From Bradymonadia bacterium (GTDB lineage Bacteria > Myxococcota_A > Bradymonadia > UBA7976 > UBA1532), in contig JBKAGE010000035.1 of assembly GCA_046290225.1 (NCBI GenBank), positions 288,001 through 352,000 on the forward strand: DNA of 64,000 bases, written 5' to 3'. This document shows, piece by piece, positions 52,583 to 62,674 of the stretch. The notes under the pieces were generated by a model. It did not search any database. It had not been told where the DNA came from and was given only the letters and a program-made list of their open reading frames with translations. The translations under genes were made by a program, and so were the position numbers. Each line of letters starts with the position of its first letter. Within the stretch, counting starts at the first letter, position 1.

Positions 52583-53554
52583 TCAGAGCCCCAAGGCCCG
52601 CTTGAGGGCACCCTTCGCGTCTTGATCGCTGGCACGCTGGGTCCACCCCAACAACCACCACACTTGCGGATCGTCGAGCTGGCGGGTGAGTGCGAGCAGG
52701 ATGGCACTGGCCTCATCGTGTCGGTCGAGGCGGGCGAGGGCGAGGGCCTGAGCGTATCGGATCCGGGCATCGGAGGGGGCCACGGGGCTCAAGGCGTCGA
52801 AGGCCCGCTGATGCTGGCCTTTGCTCAGCTCGAGCAACCCCACCATGGCCGAGGCGCGGCCAGCTTCGACGCCGGTGAGCTTCCGCCGCTCTTTCTGGGC
52901 CTTCCAGCCTGAAACCAGGGCCTGCAGCATGGCCGCAGGGGCCTGAGCTTCAGGGCGCCACCACCGATCGAGGGCGGCATCGCTCTGCTGCTTCAAGAAG
53001 CCGGCAAGCTCTCTTCGGGCAGCGTGAATCTCAGGGCCAATGAACCCAGCCTCGAGGGCATCGTCCATGGCCTTGAAGGCGCCATCGGGGCCAGCGAACC
53101 GGCCCACCCGACCTTTGTCGAGGGCTGACTTGAAGGTGCGCCGGGGTCCGGCGAGTGGATCTTTACCCGCATCACCAGCCTGGCGGGCAGCGAGCTCAGA
53201 CTCGGCCTGCACCTTCTCAAGATCATCGGCGTCAGGGGCCAGCTGTATGTACAGCCTGTACGCGACGACGGCCCCAGCGGGGTTCTTGGCGTACATCCGC
53301 GCCCGGGCGAGATCCCGGTAGAGGGGCGCCTCCTTTGGGTATGCCTGAACCGCCTCTTGGAAGTCGCGGCTGGCAGCCTGATAACGCCCTTCGTTGTAAG
53401 CCGCTCGAGCCGAATTCACGATGGGGCGAGGATCATCCTCGCTCGTGGGGGCCTCGGTGGGTGGCGTCTCGGCAGACTCGTCGGCGAAGGCCGACAGGGA
53501 CACTGAGATCGACAAGGGCACCGAGAGCGAGAGAGACAACATCAACCTGCGCAT
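52583..53554 (-). CDS. Secreted TPR-repeat protein
   Basis: Signal peptide ending SAFA; TPR-like helices. Confidence 0.8.
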   Translation of the reverse strand: MRRLMLSLSLSVPLSISVSLSAFADESAETPPTEAPTSEDDPRPIVNSARAAYNEGRYQAASRDFQEAVQAYPKEAPLYRDLARARMYAKNPAGAVVAYRLYIQLAPDADDLEKVQAESELAARQAGDAGKDPLAGPRRTFKSALDKGRVGRFAGPDGAFKAMDDALEAGFIGPEIHAARRELAGFLKQQSDAALDRWWRPEAQAPAAMLQALVSGWKAQKERRKLTGVEAGRASAMVGLLELSKGQHQRAFDALSPVAPSDARIRYAQALALARLDRHDEASAILLALTRQLDDPQVWWLLGWTQRASDQDAKGALKRALGL

Positions 53555-53556
53555 GC

Positions 53557-55101
53557 TCACCACCATTTGGGCCAACCTCCAGGCCAGTCGAAGGCGAAGC
53601 CGCCGCCGAGCATGTACGACATCGTGAGTCGATCACCGGGCCACCACTCCATCTCCAGGGCGGTGGCGGCAAACCAGTCTTCGGTGATGTGGTAGCGCAC
53701 CCCCAGCTCCATGCCCAGCGTCAGGGTGGTGCGCCCTGCAGAGGTATCTTTCGGCGCCGTGGCCGGCCCCGCAGCGTCAGGATCAGTGCCCTCGATCTCA
53801 AAGGATTCGAAGCTGAGCACCAGCCCGGCGAGGGCATAGGGCTCGAAGGGGCCAGTGGGCCGCCTCACGCCCACCCAGGCAGGTTTGATCACCCACCGGC
53901 TGAGATCGTTGAGGGTGGCTTCGTCACCGCCGGACAGCCGACCATTTGATGGACCACCGCCCCCAGCGTACATGAGCGACAAGGGCTCAATCATGAGGGT
54001 CTCCCCTCGCCAGCCGACGCCGAGCTCGAGGCCGGTGAAGGTGACCGACTCGTCGAGGCGGCTCAGCTCGAGCCGGTCTCCGCCAACGTCGAAGTCACCA
54101 TCGAGCATGGTGAGCCCCCGCAAGCCAAGGCGCACATAGTAGGGATGCGCAGTGGTCACGGGATCAGGGGGCGGCAGGAAGCCTTCGAGGAACCCGCTCT
54201 TGGCCACGAGGTCGACCTTCACGGGGGTCCGCTGGCCTTCGGCGACCTTGGCGGTGACCTCGTGGGGCTGATAGCCGTCCGCTTGAATGCGCAGCACGTG
54301 CGTGCCGGGCTTCATGGGGTACTCCCCAGGCTTCTCAGCAAAGACATCTTTGCCCAGATAGACGACGGCGTGGGCTGGGGTATAGGCGAGCTTCACGCGT
54401 CCGCCTTCTCCCCTGAGCGTAAAGACCACGGCGACGACCTTGTCCGACTTCAACGTGGCGGGCTGGCTGGCCTCGATGTGGCCGGGGGCTGTCGCCCTGA
54501 GGGTATGATCCCCCACGGGCAGCTCGTACACCCCGCTCCCCTGACCCAGTCGCTGCTCTCCGGCCCAGATCTCCGCAGTCTCGGGGGTGACCTTCACCTC
54601 GACCTGCGCAAAAAACCCGCCCAGCTTCTTGAGAGCCTTCTGCGCCACGGTGGGCAGATCGTCACCCCGAACGGTAAAGGTTTGTGGCGCCCCACCCGCT
54701 GCTGGCGTGCGCACCAGCTTCATCACGAAGGCGCCGCTCTGCTCGTCTCGGGTGACGGCGGCGTCGACCCGTGCGCTGAGGCCGAGCTGTCGACCGATCT
54801 CTCCAAGCGGGGTCTCGCACCGGGCGCTGTCGTCGAGGCAGCCGAGGTTGTCGAACTTTGCAGGGGGCAGCTGGTCGATCCACGCGTCGAGCTGAGTCTC
54901 GGTGATCAAATGCTGTTGAGTGGCTGATCCTTTGGCGGCCTCGGCGACGGCCTCACGTACATCGGGGCCATAGTCTCCAGGGAACCGCCACAGGATCGAG
55001 CCCTCTCCGGGATCGGCAAGGGCTGGCGCTGCCCACAGGCAGAGGGCGAGGGCCCAGACCCACAAGCCTCGGGGGGGTGATGATGGGGTGACTTGATGCA
55101 T
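53557..55101 (-). CDS. PEGA-domain protein with a C-terminal beta-barrel-like region
   Basis: Signal peptide; two PEGA-like units (VTPETAEIW...GDHTL, YTPAHAVV...GTHVL); amphipathic C-terminal strands. Confidence 0.8.
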   Translation of the reverse strand: MHQVTPSSPPRGLWVWALALCLWAAPALADPGEGSILWRFPGDYGPDVREAVAEAAKGSATQQHLITETQLDAWIDQLPPAKFDNLGCLDDSARCETPLGEIGRQLGLSARVDAAVTRDEQSGAFVMKLVRTPAAGGAPQTFTVRGDDLPTVAQKALKKLGGFFAQVEVKVTPETAEIWAGEQRLGQGSGVYELPVGDHTLRATAPGHIEASQPATLKSDKVVAVVFTLRGEGGRVKLAYTPAHAVVYLGKDVFAEKPGEYPMKPGTHVLRIQADGYQPHEVTAKVAEGQRTPVKVDLVAKSGFLEGFLPPPDPVTTAHPYYVRLGLRGLTMLDGDFDVGGDRLELSRLDESVTFTGLELGVGWRGETLMIEPLSLMYAGGGGPSNGRLSGGDEATLNDLSRWVIKPAWVGVRRPTGPFEPYALAGLVLSFESFEIEGTDPDAAGPATAPKDTSAGRTTLTLGMELGVRYHITEDWFAATALEMEWWPGDRLTMSYMLGGGFAFDWPGGWPKWW

Positions 55102-55204
55102 GTGATTCCTCGATCTGAGTCGTCGCCAGCATCAAGGGAGACAGCAGCTGCGGCAAAAAACTTCCGCCGGATTGAGCGGGCGGTGCCCAAGCACGGCCGT
55201 CCGC

Positions 55205-55561
55205 TCAAGCGTCGTCAGGCAACCGCTTGGGATCTTCCGGAATCGGGCGGGGGACCAGCTGGAAGTCTTCCGGGCGCATCGGGATCATCTCCCACTCCGT
55301 CCAGCCGCCGTTCAGCTTCTGTCGTTTGTAGGCGATGGGCAGCACCCCCCGATGCTGACAGACCCGCCAGAAGAGCGGCCAGATGCGCTCTTCGTCGTCG
55401 CAGAACTGCACCTCGAGCAGGATCTTGTTCTGCTGAGGGCTGCTCAAGCGCGTCTGAAGGTTGAACTGCCCGTCTTCGTTTTCGAGACTGCGGCCGCCCA
55501 CCTCTACGGTGCGGCCACGGTACTCGAGGCGAAATCGATACTGGTGCACGGTGTAGTCCAT
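55205..55561 (-). CDS. Hypothetical 118-aa protein
   Basis: GC3-biased 3' part of ORF 55205..55834, starting MDYTVHQY; no family recognised. Confidence 0.65.
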   Translation of the reverse strand: MDYTVHQYRFRLEYRGRTVEVGGRSLENEDGQFNLQTRLSSPQQNKILLEVQFCDDEERIWPLFWRVCQHRGVLPIAYKRQKLNGGWTEWEMIPMRPEDFQLVPRPIPEDPKRLPDDA

Positions 55562-55659
55562 GCTCGATGGCTTACAAGAAATGCAGCGGCAGGCCAACGC
55601 TGTTGTATCTGATCTGTGAGCATTGCACGGAAAACAGCGCCTCATGGGCGCTTGTGTTA

Positions 55660-55937
55660 GAGGTGCTAACACAACAGCGGACCGAGTCAGGGTTCGTGAG
55701 GCGCGAGTGAGGAGCACGGAGCACCCGCAGGCAGGCTCATAGGCCCGTCGAGGACAGCTCCGTGCACCTCGCGACGTGCTGATGCCCAGACAGGCGAAGG
55801 TATCTGGCTCTGCCAGACAACTTGTAGTCGACAAAGGCGAAGCCGACGGAGCGAAGAGTTGCCCATCGGGTACCTTCGTCTGGCTGGGCTCGATAACACT
55901 GCCTTCCTGGCGACGGGAGCTGTTTTGTTGGGACCTC
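55660..55937. mobile_element. Candidate MITE or structured non-coding element with 19-bp imperfect terminal inverted repeats
   Basis: Left GAGGTGCTAACACAACAGC vs reverse complement of right end GAGGTCCCAACAAAACAGC (16/19); flanks TTA and TTG; long internal helices; no transposase. Confidence 0.55.
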
Positions 55938-55951
55938 TTGGAAAGCAGACC

Positions 55952-58390
55952 ATGGCTGGCGCTCGACCCTCATTGATCCGACGGCTGCTCAAGTGGGCTC
56001 TGATCTCGAGCCTGGTGTTGATGCTGCTCGGCGTCGGCACGCTCGTCGGCGGGTACATCTACTTCAGCCGCGACCTGCCCGATCTCGAGACCCTCGACGA
56101 CTACCAGCCCCCTCAGGTCACCCGCATCTACGCCGATGACGGCAAGACCCTCATCGCCGAGCTCTTCACCGAGCGCCGTACCGTCGTGCCCCGCAAGGAC
56201 ATCCCCGACGTGATGGTGAAGGCCATGCTCGCCGCGGAGGACGCCGACTTCTACGAGCACGAAGGCCTCGACTACATGGGCATGGCCCGGGCGTTGTGGA
56301 AGGCGGTGCGATCAGGGCGCATCAAGGGCGGCGGCAGCACCATCACTCAGCAAACGGTGAAGACGTTCCTGCTCAGCCCCGAGAAGACCGTCTCTCGTAA
56401 GGCCAAAGAGCTCATCCTTGCCCGACGCATCGAGGAGAAGCTCACCAAAGACGAGATCTTGTACCTGTACCTGAACCAGATCTACTTCGGTCATGGTCGA
56501 TATGGGGTGCAGGAAGCCGCCCGGTTCTACTTTGGCAAGGACATCGGCCAGGTGAACCTCGAAGAGGCGGCCCTCATCGCCGGGCTGGTGCAGTCTCCGA
56601 ACCGCCTCTCCCCATTCCGCCACCCCGACAGGGCTTTTGCTCGACGCACCTATGTGCTCGATCAGATGGGGCAGAAGGGGTTCGCGCCCAAAGACGCTGT
56701 CGACGCAGCCAAGGGTCGACCCATCAAGCTGGTGCCCTTCACCGAAGTGAACCCCGAAGAGGCCGGGTGGTTCGTCGACGCCATCCGTCGTCAACTCGTC
56801 GATGCCCTGAAGCCCCTGGAGATCGATCTCTACACCGCGGGGCTGCGGGTGGAGACCACGCTGAACCTCGATCGACAAAAAATGGCCATGAAAGCGGTGT
56901 TGAAGGGCCTGCGTGGGGTGGACGCTCGCCAGAAGTATACAGGCAAGCTGAAGCGCCTCGACAAGGCAGGCCGCACACGGTGGCTCGCCAAACGCGCCCA
57001 GGCTCTCGGTGACAAACCGCCGGCCAGGAACAAGGCCACCGAGGGCGTGATCACCCAGGTGAGCAAAGCCGAGCTGGTCGTCTCTTTCGGGGTGGGCACC
57101 GCCACGATCCCCACGAGCACCCTCAACCGCTTCCGAAACGAAGAGAAGGCCTTGCCCTTCCAGGTGGGCCACGTCGTCCCTGTGAAGATCCGCGACGACG
57201 GCCCCAGCCACCCCGAGCAGATGCACGCCTCGCTGCAGGTGGGGCCCCAAGGGGCGCTGGTGGTCATCGATCCGGTGACCCGAGACGTGAAGGCCATGGT
57301 GGGTGGGGATGATCACGGTGGGCAGCCCTTCAACCGGGCCATGTTGGCGAAGCGTCAGCCCGGCAGCGCCTTCAAGCCCTTCGTTTGGGGTGCCGCCTAC
57401 GAGACAGCCCGCTTTACACCCGCCACGGTGATGCTGGACGCCCCCGAGACCTGGCCGATGCACGGCGAGAAGTGGTGGAAGCCCCGCAACTACACCCAGA
57501 AATACCGTGGGCCCATGCGCCTCAAGGAAGCCCTGGCGAAGTCGGTGAACAGCATCGCGGTGAAGCTACTCTACGACGTCAAGGTACCCACGGTGCAGCG
57601 CTTCGCCCGCAACGCCGGCATCGAGTCGCCGCTCACCGACAACCTGACCCTGGCCCTGGGATCCAGCGAGGTCTCCCCCCTCGAGCTGGCCAACGCCTAC
57701 GCCACCATCGCCTCAGGCGGTCGGCGTGGGCCCCCGAGGATGATCACCGCCATCGAAGACGCCGAAGGGCGCCCTGTGGAGACGCCGTTGACGGCGCCCT
57801 GGTCCTCTGAAGAGATGATCGCCCCCGAGGTGGCCTGGCTGCTGCGGGAGACCATGCGAGGTGTGGTCCGCCCCGGAGGCAGCGCCTACCGCGCCTTCAA
57901 GAGCCTCGATCGACCCATCGCGGGCAAGACGGGCACCACCAACGAGGCCCGTGATCTGTGGTTCGTGGGCCTGTTGCCCGAGGCGGTCATGGTGGGTTGG
58001 GTGGGCTTCGACGATCGCACACCGGTGGGTCGTAAAGAGACCGGCGGCAAGGCTGCCGCCCCCATCGTGCGCGCTTACGTCGACGCCGCAGCCTCTGATG
58101 ACGATCTGCCCGGATGGCCTGATGCCCCAGAAGGGGTGGAGCAGGTCACCATCGACAAGGAGAGTGGTCTGCGGGCGCCGCCCGGCGCCAAGGGTGTAGA
58201 CGAGTACTTCCTCGCAGGCACCGCCCCCAAAGAGGTAGCCCACCCCAAGGGCACCATCGACGCCGGCAACTTTTTCATGGAAGACGCCGGCGGCGGCTGG
58301 GATGTACGCCCGGTGAGTCCGACGCCTGTGAAACCCGTGAAGCCCGCGCCGGATCGACCGAGCTTCGACCCAGAAGACCTGCCCCAATAA
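55952..58390 (+). CDS. mrcA: Penicillin-binding protein 1A (class A PBP)
   Basis: AAEDADFYEH, GGSTITQQ, RKAKE, QPGSAFKP, SVN, GKTGT. Confidence 0.95.
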   Translation: MAGARPSLIRRLLKWALISSLVLMLLGVGTLVGGYIYFSRDLPDLETLDDYQPPQVTRIYADDGKTLIAELFTERRTVVPRKDIPDVMVKAMLAAEDADFYEHEGLDYMGMARALWKAVRSGRIKGGGSTITQQTVKTFLLSPEKTVSRKAKELILARRIEEKLTKDEILYLYLNQIYFGHGRYGVQEAARFYFGKDIGQVNLEEAALIAGLVQSPNRLSPFRHPDRAFARRTYVLDQMGQKGFAPKDAVDAAKGRPIKLVPFTEVNPEEAGWFVDAIRRQLVDALKPLEIDLYTAGLRVETTLNLDRQKMAMKAVLKGLRGVDARQKYTGKLKRLDKAGRTRWLAKRAQALGDKPPARNKATEGVITQVSKAELVVSFGVGTATIPTSTLNRFRNEEKALPFQVGHVVPVKIRDDGPSHPEQMHASLQVGPQGALVVIDPVTRDVKAMVGGDDHGGQPFNRAMLAKRQPGSAFKPFVWGAAYETARFTPATVMLDAPETWPMHGEKWWKPRNYTQKYRGPMRLKEALAKSVNSIAVKLLYDVKVPTVQRFARNAGIESPLTDNLTLALGSSEVSPLELANAYATIASGGRRGPPRMITAIEDAEGRPVETPLTAPWSSEEMIAPEVAWLLRETMRGVVRPGGSAYRAFKSLDRPIAGKTGTTNEARDLWFVGLLPEAVMVGWVGFDDRTPVGRKETGGKAAAPIVRAYVDAAASDDDLPGWPDAPEGVEQVTIDKESGLRAPPGAKGVDEYFLAGTAPKEVAHPKGTIDAGNFFMEDAGGGWDVRPVSPTPVKPVKPAPDRPSFDPEDLPQ

Positions 58391-58399
58391 CGCGACCCG

Positions 58400-59275
58400 A
58401 TGCACGCCTTCGATCTCACCACACTCTGGCCACACACTGCCCTCGAGCAGCTCGTGATCGAGATGGACGAGGCGCCCTGCGGGCCTGTGTCCGCGCTGGC
58501 CTTCGACGAGAGCGGCGAGCGACTGGTGGCTTCAGTAGGCCCCGTCGTGCTCGTGCTCGACCGTGATGCCCAGCGTTTGATCTCCAGCGTGGTCACGAAC
58601 AGCGAAGAGGTCACCGCGGAAGAGTTGGACCCTGGGGACGTCGAGCAGGCCGAAGATGTGGATGCAGAGGGGCTGTTTCCCGGGCTCTATGCACATCGAC
58701 TCCACGTCTCTCGAGGCGCCGAATATGTCGCTGTGGAGTGGGTAGGGGATCCGAGCCCGGGCAATATGGTCAGTCGCTTTGGCGTGATCTACGACATGAC
58801 GCGACGACGACGTATCCATCGCACCAATCCTTACGATGGATATGGTGTTGATGCCCTCGATGGGATGTCGATGTGTCACCACAACGAGCATGTGATCGTC
58901 GAGGTGACCCGCTCAGATGTGCCCATGACCGAGCGGGTCGATCTGCGCAGCGGTGAGGTGAGACCCGCTCGAGCACCAGAGGCTCAACAGACGCCCACCC
59001 CACCCCAACCTCGCCTCTCTCTCCTCTGGACAAGTGCAGACGGCCAGTGGCGCGGGTGGTCCCATCGCGACGCTTTTCACAAAGATTGGGGTGATTATGG
59101 AGGCCTTGTGCCGGTGGGCAGAGAGGTGATCCTCGAGCGCACTGACATTGGAGACGTGATCCACCTGTCGCCCCCTGCCCCCCTGCCCTGGCCGAGCCCC
59201 TTTGCGTGCCACAAGGCCATGGGCAGAGTCGCCTGGGCAGTGGGCGCTCAGATCGTCATCGACACCATCGGCTGA
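58400..59275 (+). CDS. Hypothetical protein (possible WD40-like N-terminus)
   Basis: Long ORF 9 nt after mrcA; VSALAFDESGERLVAS. Confidence 0.65.
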   Translation: MHAFDLTTLWPHTALEQLVIEMDEAPCGPVSALAFDESGERLVASVGPVVLVLDRDAQRLISSVVTNSEEVTAEELDPGDVEQAEDVDAEGLFPGLYAHRLHVSRGAEYVAVEWVGDPSPGNMVSRFGVIYDMTRRRRIHRTNPYDGYGVDALDGMSMCHHNEHVIVEVTRSDVPMTERVDLRSGEVRPARAPEAQQTPTPPQPRLSLLWTSADGQWRGWSHRDAFHKDWGDYGGLVPVGREVILERTDIGDVIHLSPPAPLPWPSPFACHKAMGRVAWAVGAQIVIDTIG

Positions 59276-59288
59276 GCGCACAGCACGA

Positions 59289-60089
59289 TCAGTCCCAGAG
59301 CCACCACGCCACGCTGAAGGCTGCGGCGCCGACGATCAATCCGGTGTACGCCACGATCGAATAGCCGTGGGCCGTGTCGGCATGATCCTGCCACTCTCGC
59401 ACGCTGCCAGCGTCGTCACGGGCGCTGATCTCACTGGCGGTGAGGCCCCCGAAGATCACAGCAGCGCCGAGGGCGGTACCGCCGCTGGCGACGAGCCACC
59501 AGGGTTTGTCAGGTGATCCTGACTGACCCACGAGCGGGTCTTCAGACCCACCGGGGATCAACGTCACCTCGATGGTCTCCTGCTGGCCACGACGCACGGT
59601 GAAGCTCGGCCGGGCCACGGCATAGCCCTCTCGGGCGATGTGGGCAAAGTGAGGGCCGATGACCAGGCTGGTCTTGAAGGGTGTGCGGCCCATGGTCTGG
59701 GCGTCGCCGTCGAGTCGCACTGATGCGCCCGGTGGATCAGAGATGAAGATCACCTCGGGCTTGAGTTGGGCGATCTTCAGCTCGGCCATCTCTCGGCCAG
59801 AGCGAGGCGGGTTCAAGGCGAGATATTGCTCAAAACGCCCGACAGCCCGGGCGTGCTGCCCCATCTTCTCGAGGACCAGGCCCTGGTTGGCCAGGATGCC
59901 CGGCCTCGGATCTGTGTCGTAGGCCTGCTGCAGTAAACGCAGGGCCTGCATGTATCGGCCTGCGTTGAAGGCGTCGTCTGCAGCGGCCTCGAGATCAACG
60001 GCTCGCTGCCTGCCGTGGGCGGGATCCACCGACACGGCCAGGATACAGAGGCAGAGCGTCACGACACCGCGATTGAAGATCCAGGGCAT
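59289..60089 (-). CDS. Secreted TPR + PEGA domain protein with C-terminal TM hairpin
   Basis: AFNAGRY..A, ISDPPGASVRLDG...GRTP. Confidence 0.87.
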   Translation of the reverse strand: MPWIFNRGVVTLCLCILAVSVDPAHGRQRAVDLEAAADDAFNAGRYMQALRLLQQAYDTDPRPGILANQGLVLEKMGQHARAVGRFEQYLALNPPRSGREMAELKIAQLKPEVIFISDPPGASVRLDGDAQTMGRTPFKTSLVIGPHFAHIAREGYAVARPSFTVRRGQQETIEVTLIPGGSEDPLVGQSGSPDKPWWLVASGGTALGAAVIFGGLTASEISARDDAGSVREWQDHADTAHGYSIVAYTGLIVGAAAFSVAWWLWD

Positions 60090-60155
60090 AGAGCCATCTC
60101 CCGCGTCTGCCTGATGGTAGACACCGAGCCGCCAAACTCAAGTTGAAGTCATGCT

Positions 60156-61271
60156 ATGGTCGTGCTGTCGATCGTAGATCGGGAGCCCCTGGTTACAGTG
60201 CAACACACAGCCTTGCTCAACACTGTCATCGAAGGCCGTTACCGCCTTGATGAGATCCTGGGCCACGGGGCCTCCGGAGTGGTGTTCAAGGCGGCACAGA
60301 TCAGACTGCACGATCGGCCCTGCGCGCTGAAGGTGCTGCGCCTCGACAGTGAGCTGCCCCAAGGGCGAGCCCGCTTTGCTCGAGAGCTGAAGATCATCAC
60401 CGAGATGCGCAGCCCCTACATCGTCGACGTCCTTGACTCCGGGGCCCTCGAAGATGGCAGCCCCTTCATCGTGATGCAGCTGCTCAACGGTCAGACTGTC
60501 GATGATTACATCAAGACCGCCGGGCCGCTCTCACCCACCCTGGCGGTCACTCTGGCAGTACAGATCCTCGAGGGTTTGAAGGTGGCTCACCGCTCGGGGG
60601 TGATCCACCGGGATCTCAAGCCCGCCAATGTGTTCTTGAACATGAAAGACGGGGTGATCACCCACGGGAGCATCCTCGACTTCGGCCTGGCCAAGCACAT
60701 CGGCCCCGACGCCGGGCCCGCCCTCACCGAGCAGGGCATGGTGGTGGGCACGCCCACGTACATGGCCCCGGAGCAGTTCCTCCGAGAGCCCGTCGACGCC
60801 CAGGCCGATCTCTACGCAGCAGGCTGTCTGTTGTATTGCATGCTCGCGGGCCGATCGCCCTTTCGCATGGAGGATCCACTCCCACCAGAGGTGGGCCACC
60901 TGCACGGGATCGCCCGAGTGGCCTGGCTGCACATCAACCAGGCGCCGCCGCCCATCGCCGGCCTCTCCCCTGCCCTGTGGTCCCTCGTGGAGAGCCTGCT
61001 CGCCAAACGCCCGATGCGCCGCAGCCCCGACGCCGAGACAGCCCGGCTGGCCCTCATGAACACCCCGGAGTTCCGCCAGGGCCCCCGAGGTGCCTCTACA
61101 GATCCCGACACGACGGTGATGGATCCAGAGCAGATGGCCGAAGTGCTGGGGATGGCCGACCACACCGAGGATGAAGATGACGAGGCGTCGACACCCTGGT
61201 GGGTGCTGGCGTTGACGCTGTGTGCCCTCGCCGCGGTGGGCGTGGGGATCGGGACATGGATCGCATGGTGA
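60156..61271 (+). CDS. Ser/Thr protein kinase with C-terminal TM
   Basis: GHGASG, ALK, HRDLKPAN, DFG, YMAPE. Confidence 0.93.
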   Translation: MVVLSIVDREPLVTVQHTALLNTVIEGRYRLDEILGHGASGVVFKAAQIRLHDRPCALKVLRLDSELPQGRARFARELKIITEMRSPYIVDVLDSGALEDGSPFIVMQLLNGQTVDDYIKTAGPLSPTLAVTLAVQILEGLKVAHRSGVIHRDLKPANVFLNMKDGVITHGSILDFGLAKHIGPDAGPALTEQGMVVGTPTYMAPEQFLREPVDAQADLYAAGCLLYCMLAGRSPFRMEDPLPPEVGHLHGIARVAWLHINQAPPPIAGLSPALWSLVESLLAKRPMRRSPDAETARLALMNTPEFRQGPRGASTDPDTTVMDPEQMAEVLGMADHTEDEDDEASTPWWVLALTLCALAAVGVGIGTWIAW

Positions 61272-62674
61272 TCGATCCACTCATCGGCGAGGTGCTCATC
61301 GGCCGATATCGGCTGGACTCGGAGCTGGGCCAGGGCGGGATGGGCGTCGTGTACCGCGCGGTCGACCTCAAACTGCATCAGCGCCCGTGCGCCGTGAAGG
61401 TGCTCACGGGGCTCAACGGCGATCCTCAAGCCCTCGCTCGCTTTGACCAGGAAGCCCAGGTCATCGCCACCCTCACCAGCCCCAACACAGTCCGGGTATA
61501 CGACACGGGCACGCTCGCCGACGGCCGCCCCTTCATCGCCATGGAGCTGCTCTCGGGCACGAGCCTCGAGGCAGCCCTCAAGCGAGAGAAGGTCCTCGAT
61601 CCGGCTCGGGCGCTGAAGATCATCATTGGTGTGCTCTCTGCCCTGGAAGAAGCGCACCAGGCGGAGGTGATCCATCGAGATCTCAAGCCCGCCAACATCT
61701 TCCTGGTACACGACGCCACTGGCCGCGAGCACCCCAAAGTGCTCGACTTCGGTGTGGCCAAGGCGCTCACTGTCGACGACAGCCCCGGCCTCACCACAGG
61801 CGACGGCATCATCGGCACGCCGTTCTACATGGCCCCCGAGCAATTCACTCGAGAGCAACTGTCACCGCAAACAGATCTGTACGCCGTGGGGCTGGTGCTC
61901 TTCGAAATGCTCATCGGACGTACGGCTTTCCTACCGGAAGATCCCGTGCCCGAGTCACTGCAGACCATGCCACCAGAGTATCGACTCGGCTGGCTGCACG
62001 TGAATCGCAGGCCTCCGAAGATCGACGGGGTCGTGCCTGATCTCGGGGCCCTGATCTCGAGCCTGCTGGCGAAGTCGCCTGATGGTCGACCGAGCTCGGC
62101 CATGGAGACGCTGTCACGTGTGGAGCGTCTGCCTCACCCCTGCGCCGAGCAGCCTCGAATCGTCAATGACGAGACCGCCTGGGTGGGCCGCGTACGACGC
62201 AGCAGCGCGCACCGGGCTCGATGGGCCCTCGCTGCAGGGGTGGTCGCGGGCCTCGCAGGGGCAGGCGCCTATCAATGGATGAAGGCACCTGCCGACGCAC
62301 CTGCGCAGCCCGAGCACGTGGTGAACGTCAGAGCTGTGGAGCCTCCGCCAGGCAAGGTGGCGGTGGCACCAGAGCCCGAAGGCTCATCGCCGCTGGTGCA
62401 CCCCGTGCTGGAGATCGACGCAGGTGAGATGGGTGAGGCCAGCAACATGGGTGAATCAAAGGCCGTCGCTGCAGATGAGCCGGCCACCGAGGTGAAGCCC
62501 GCTCCGTCAGAAGCTGACCCTACATCGCCCCGCCCCACCGCCAAATCTTCGAGCCGGCGTCGCAGCCGCCGACGTCGAGCCGACGCCAGGGCAAACACAC
62601 CCACGAGCCCTTCAAAGGGCCGCAAGACATCACCAGACGACACGGGCAAGGGCCGAAAAGGGTTGTACTTTTGA
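61265..62674 (+). CDS. Membrane Ser/Thr protein kinase
   Basis: GQGGMG, AVK, HRDLKPAN, DFG, YMAPE; overlaps the previous stop. Confidence 0.93.
   Translation: MVIDPLIGEVLIGRYRLDSELGQGGMGVVYRAVDLKLHQRPCAVKVLTGLNGDPQALARFDQEAQVIATLTSPNTVRVYDTGTLADGRPFIAMELLSGTSLEAALKREKVLDPARALKIIIGVLSALEEAHQAEVIHRDLKPANIFLVHDATGREHPKVLDFGVAKALTVDDSPGLTTGDGIIGTPFYMAPEQFTREQLSPQTDLYAVGLVLFEMLIGRTAFLPEDPVPESLQTMPPEYRLGWLHVNRRPPKIDGVVPDLGALISSLLAKSPDGRPSSAMETLSRVERLPHPCAEQPRIVNDETAWVGRVRRSSAHRARWALAAGVVAGLAGAGAYQWMKAPADAPAQPEHVVNVRAVEPPPGKVAVAPEPEGSSPLVHPVLEIDAGEMGEASNMGESKAVAADEPATEVKPAPSEADPTSPRPTAKSSSRRRSRRRRADARANTPTSPSKGRKTSPDDTGKGRKGLYF

Noticed and set aside
55652..55940. Lysine, SAM-I or c-di-GMP riboswitch, CIRCE, SRP, 6S, RNase P or retron msr-msd
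   Set aside because: Only short fragments match (AGAGGTGC, GGTGCTAA, AAAGGCGAAGCC); spacing and remaining cores do not fit, and no reverse transcriptase is adjacent
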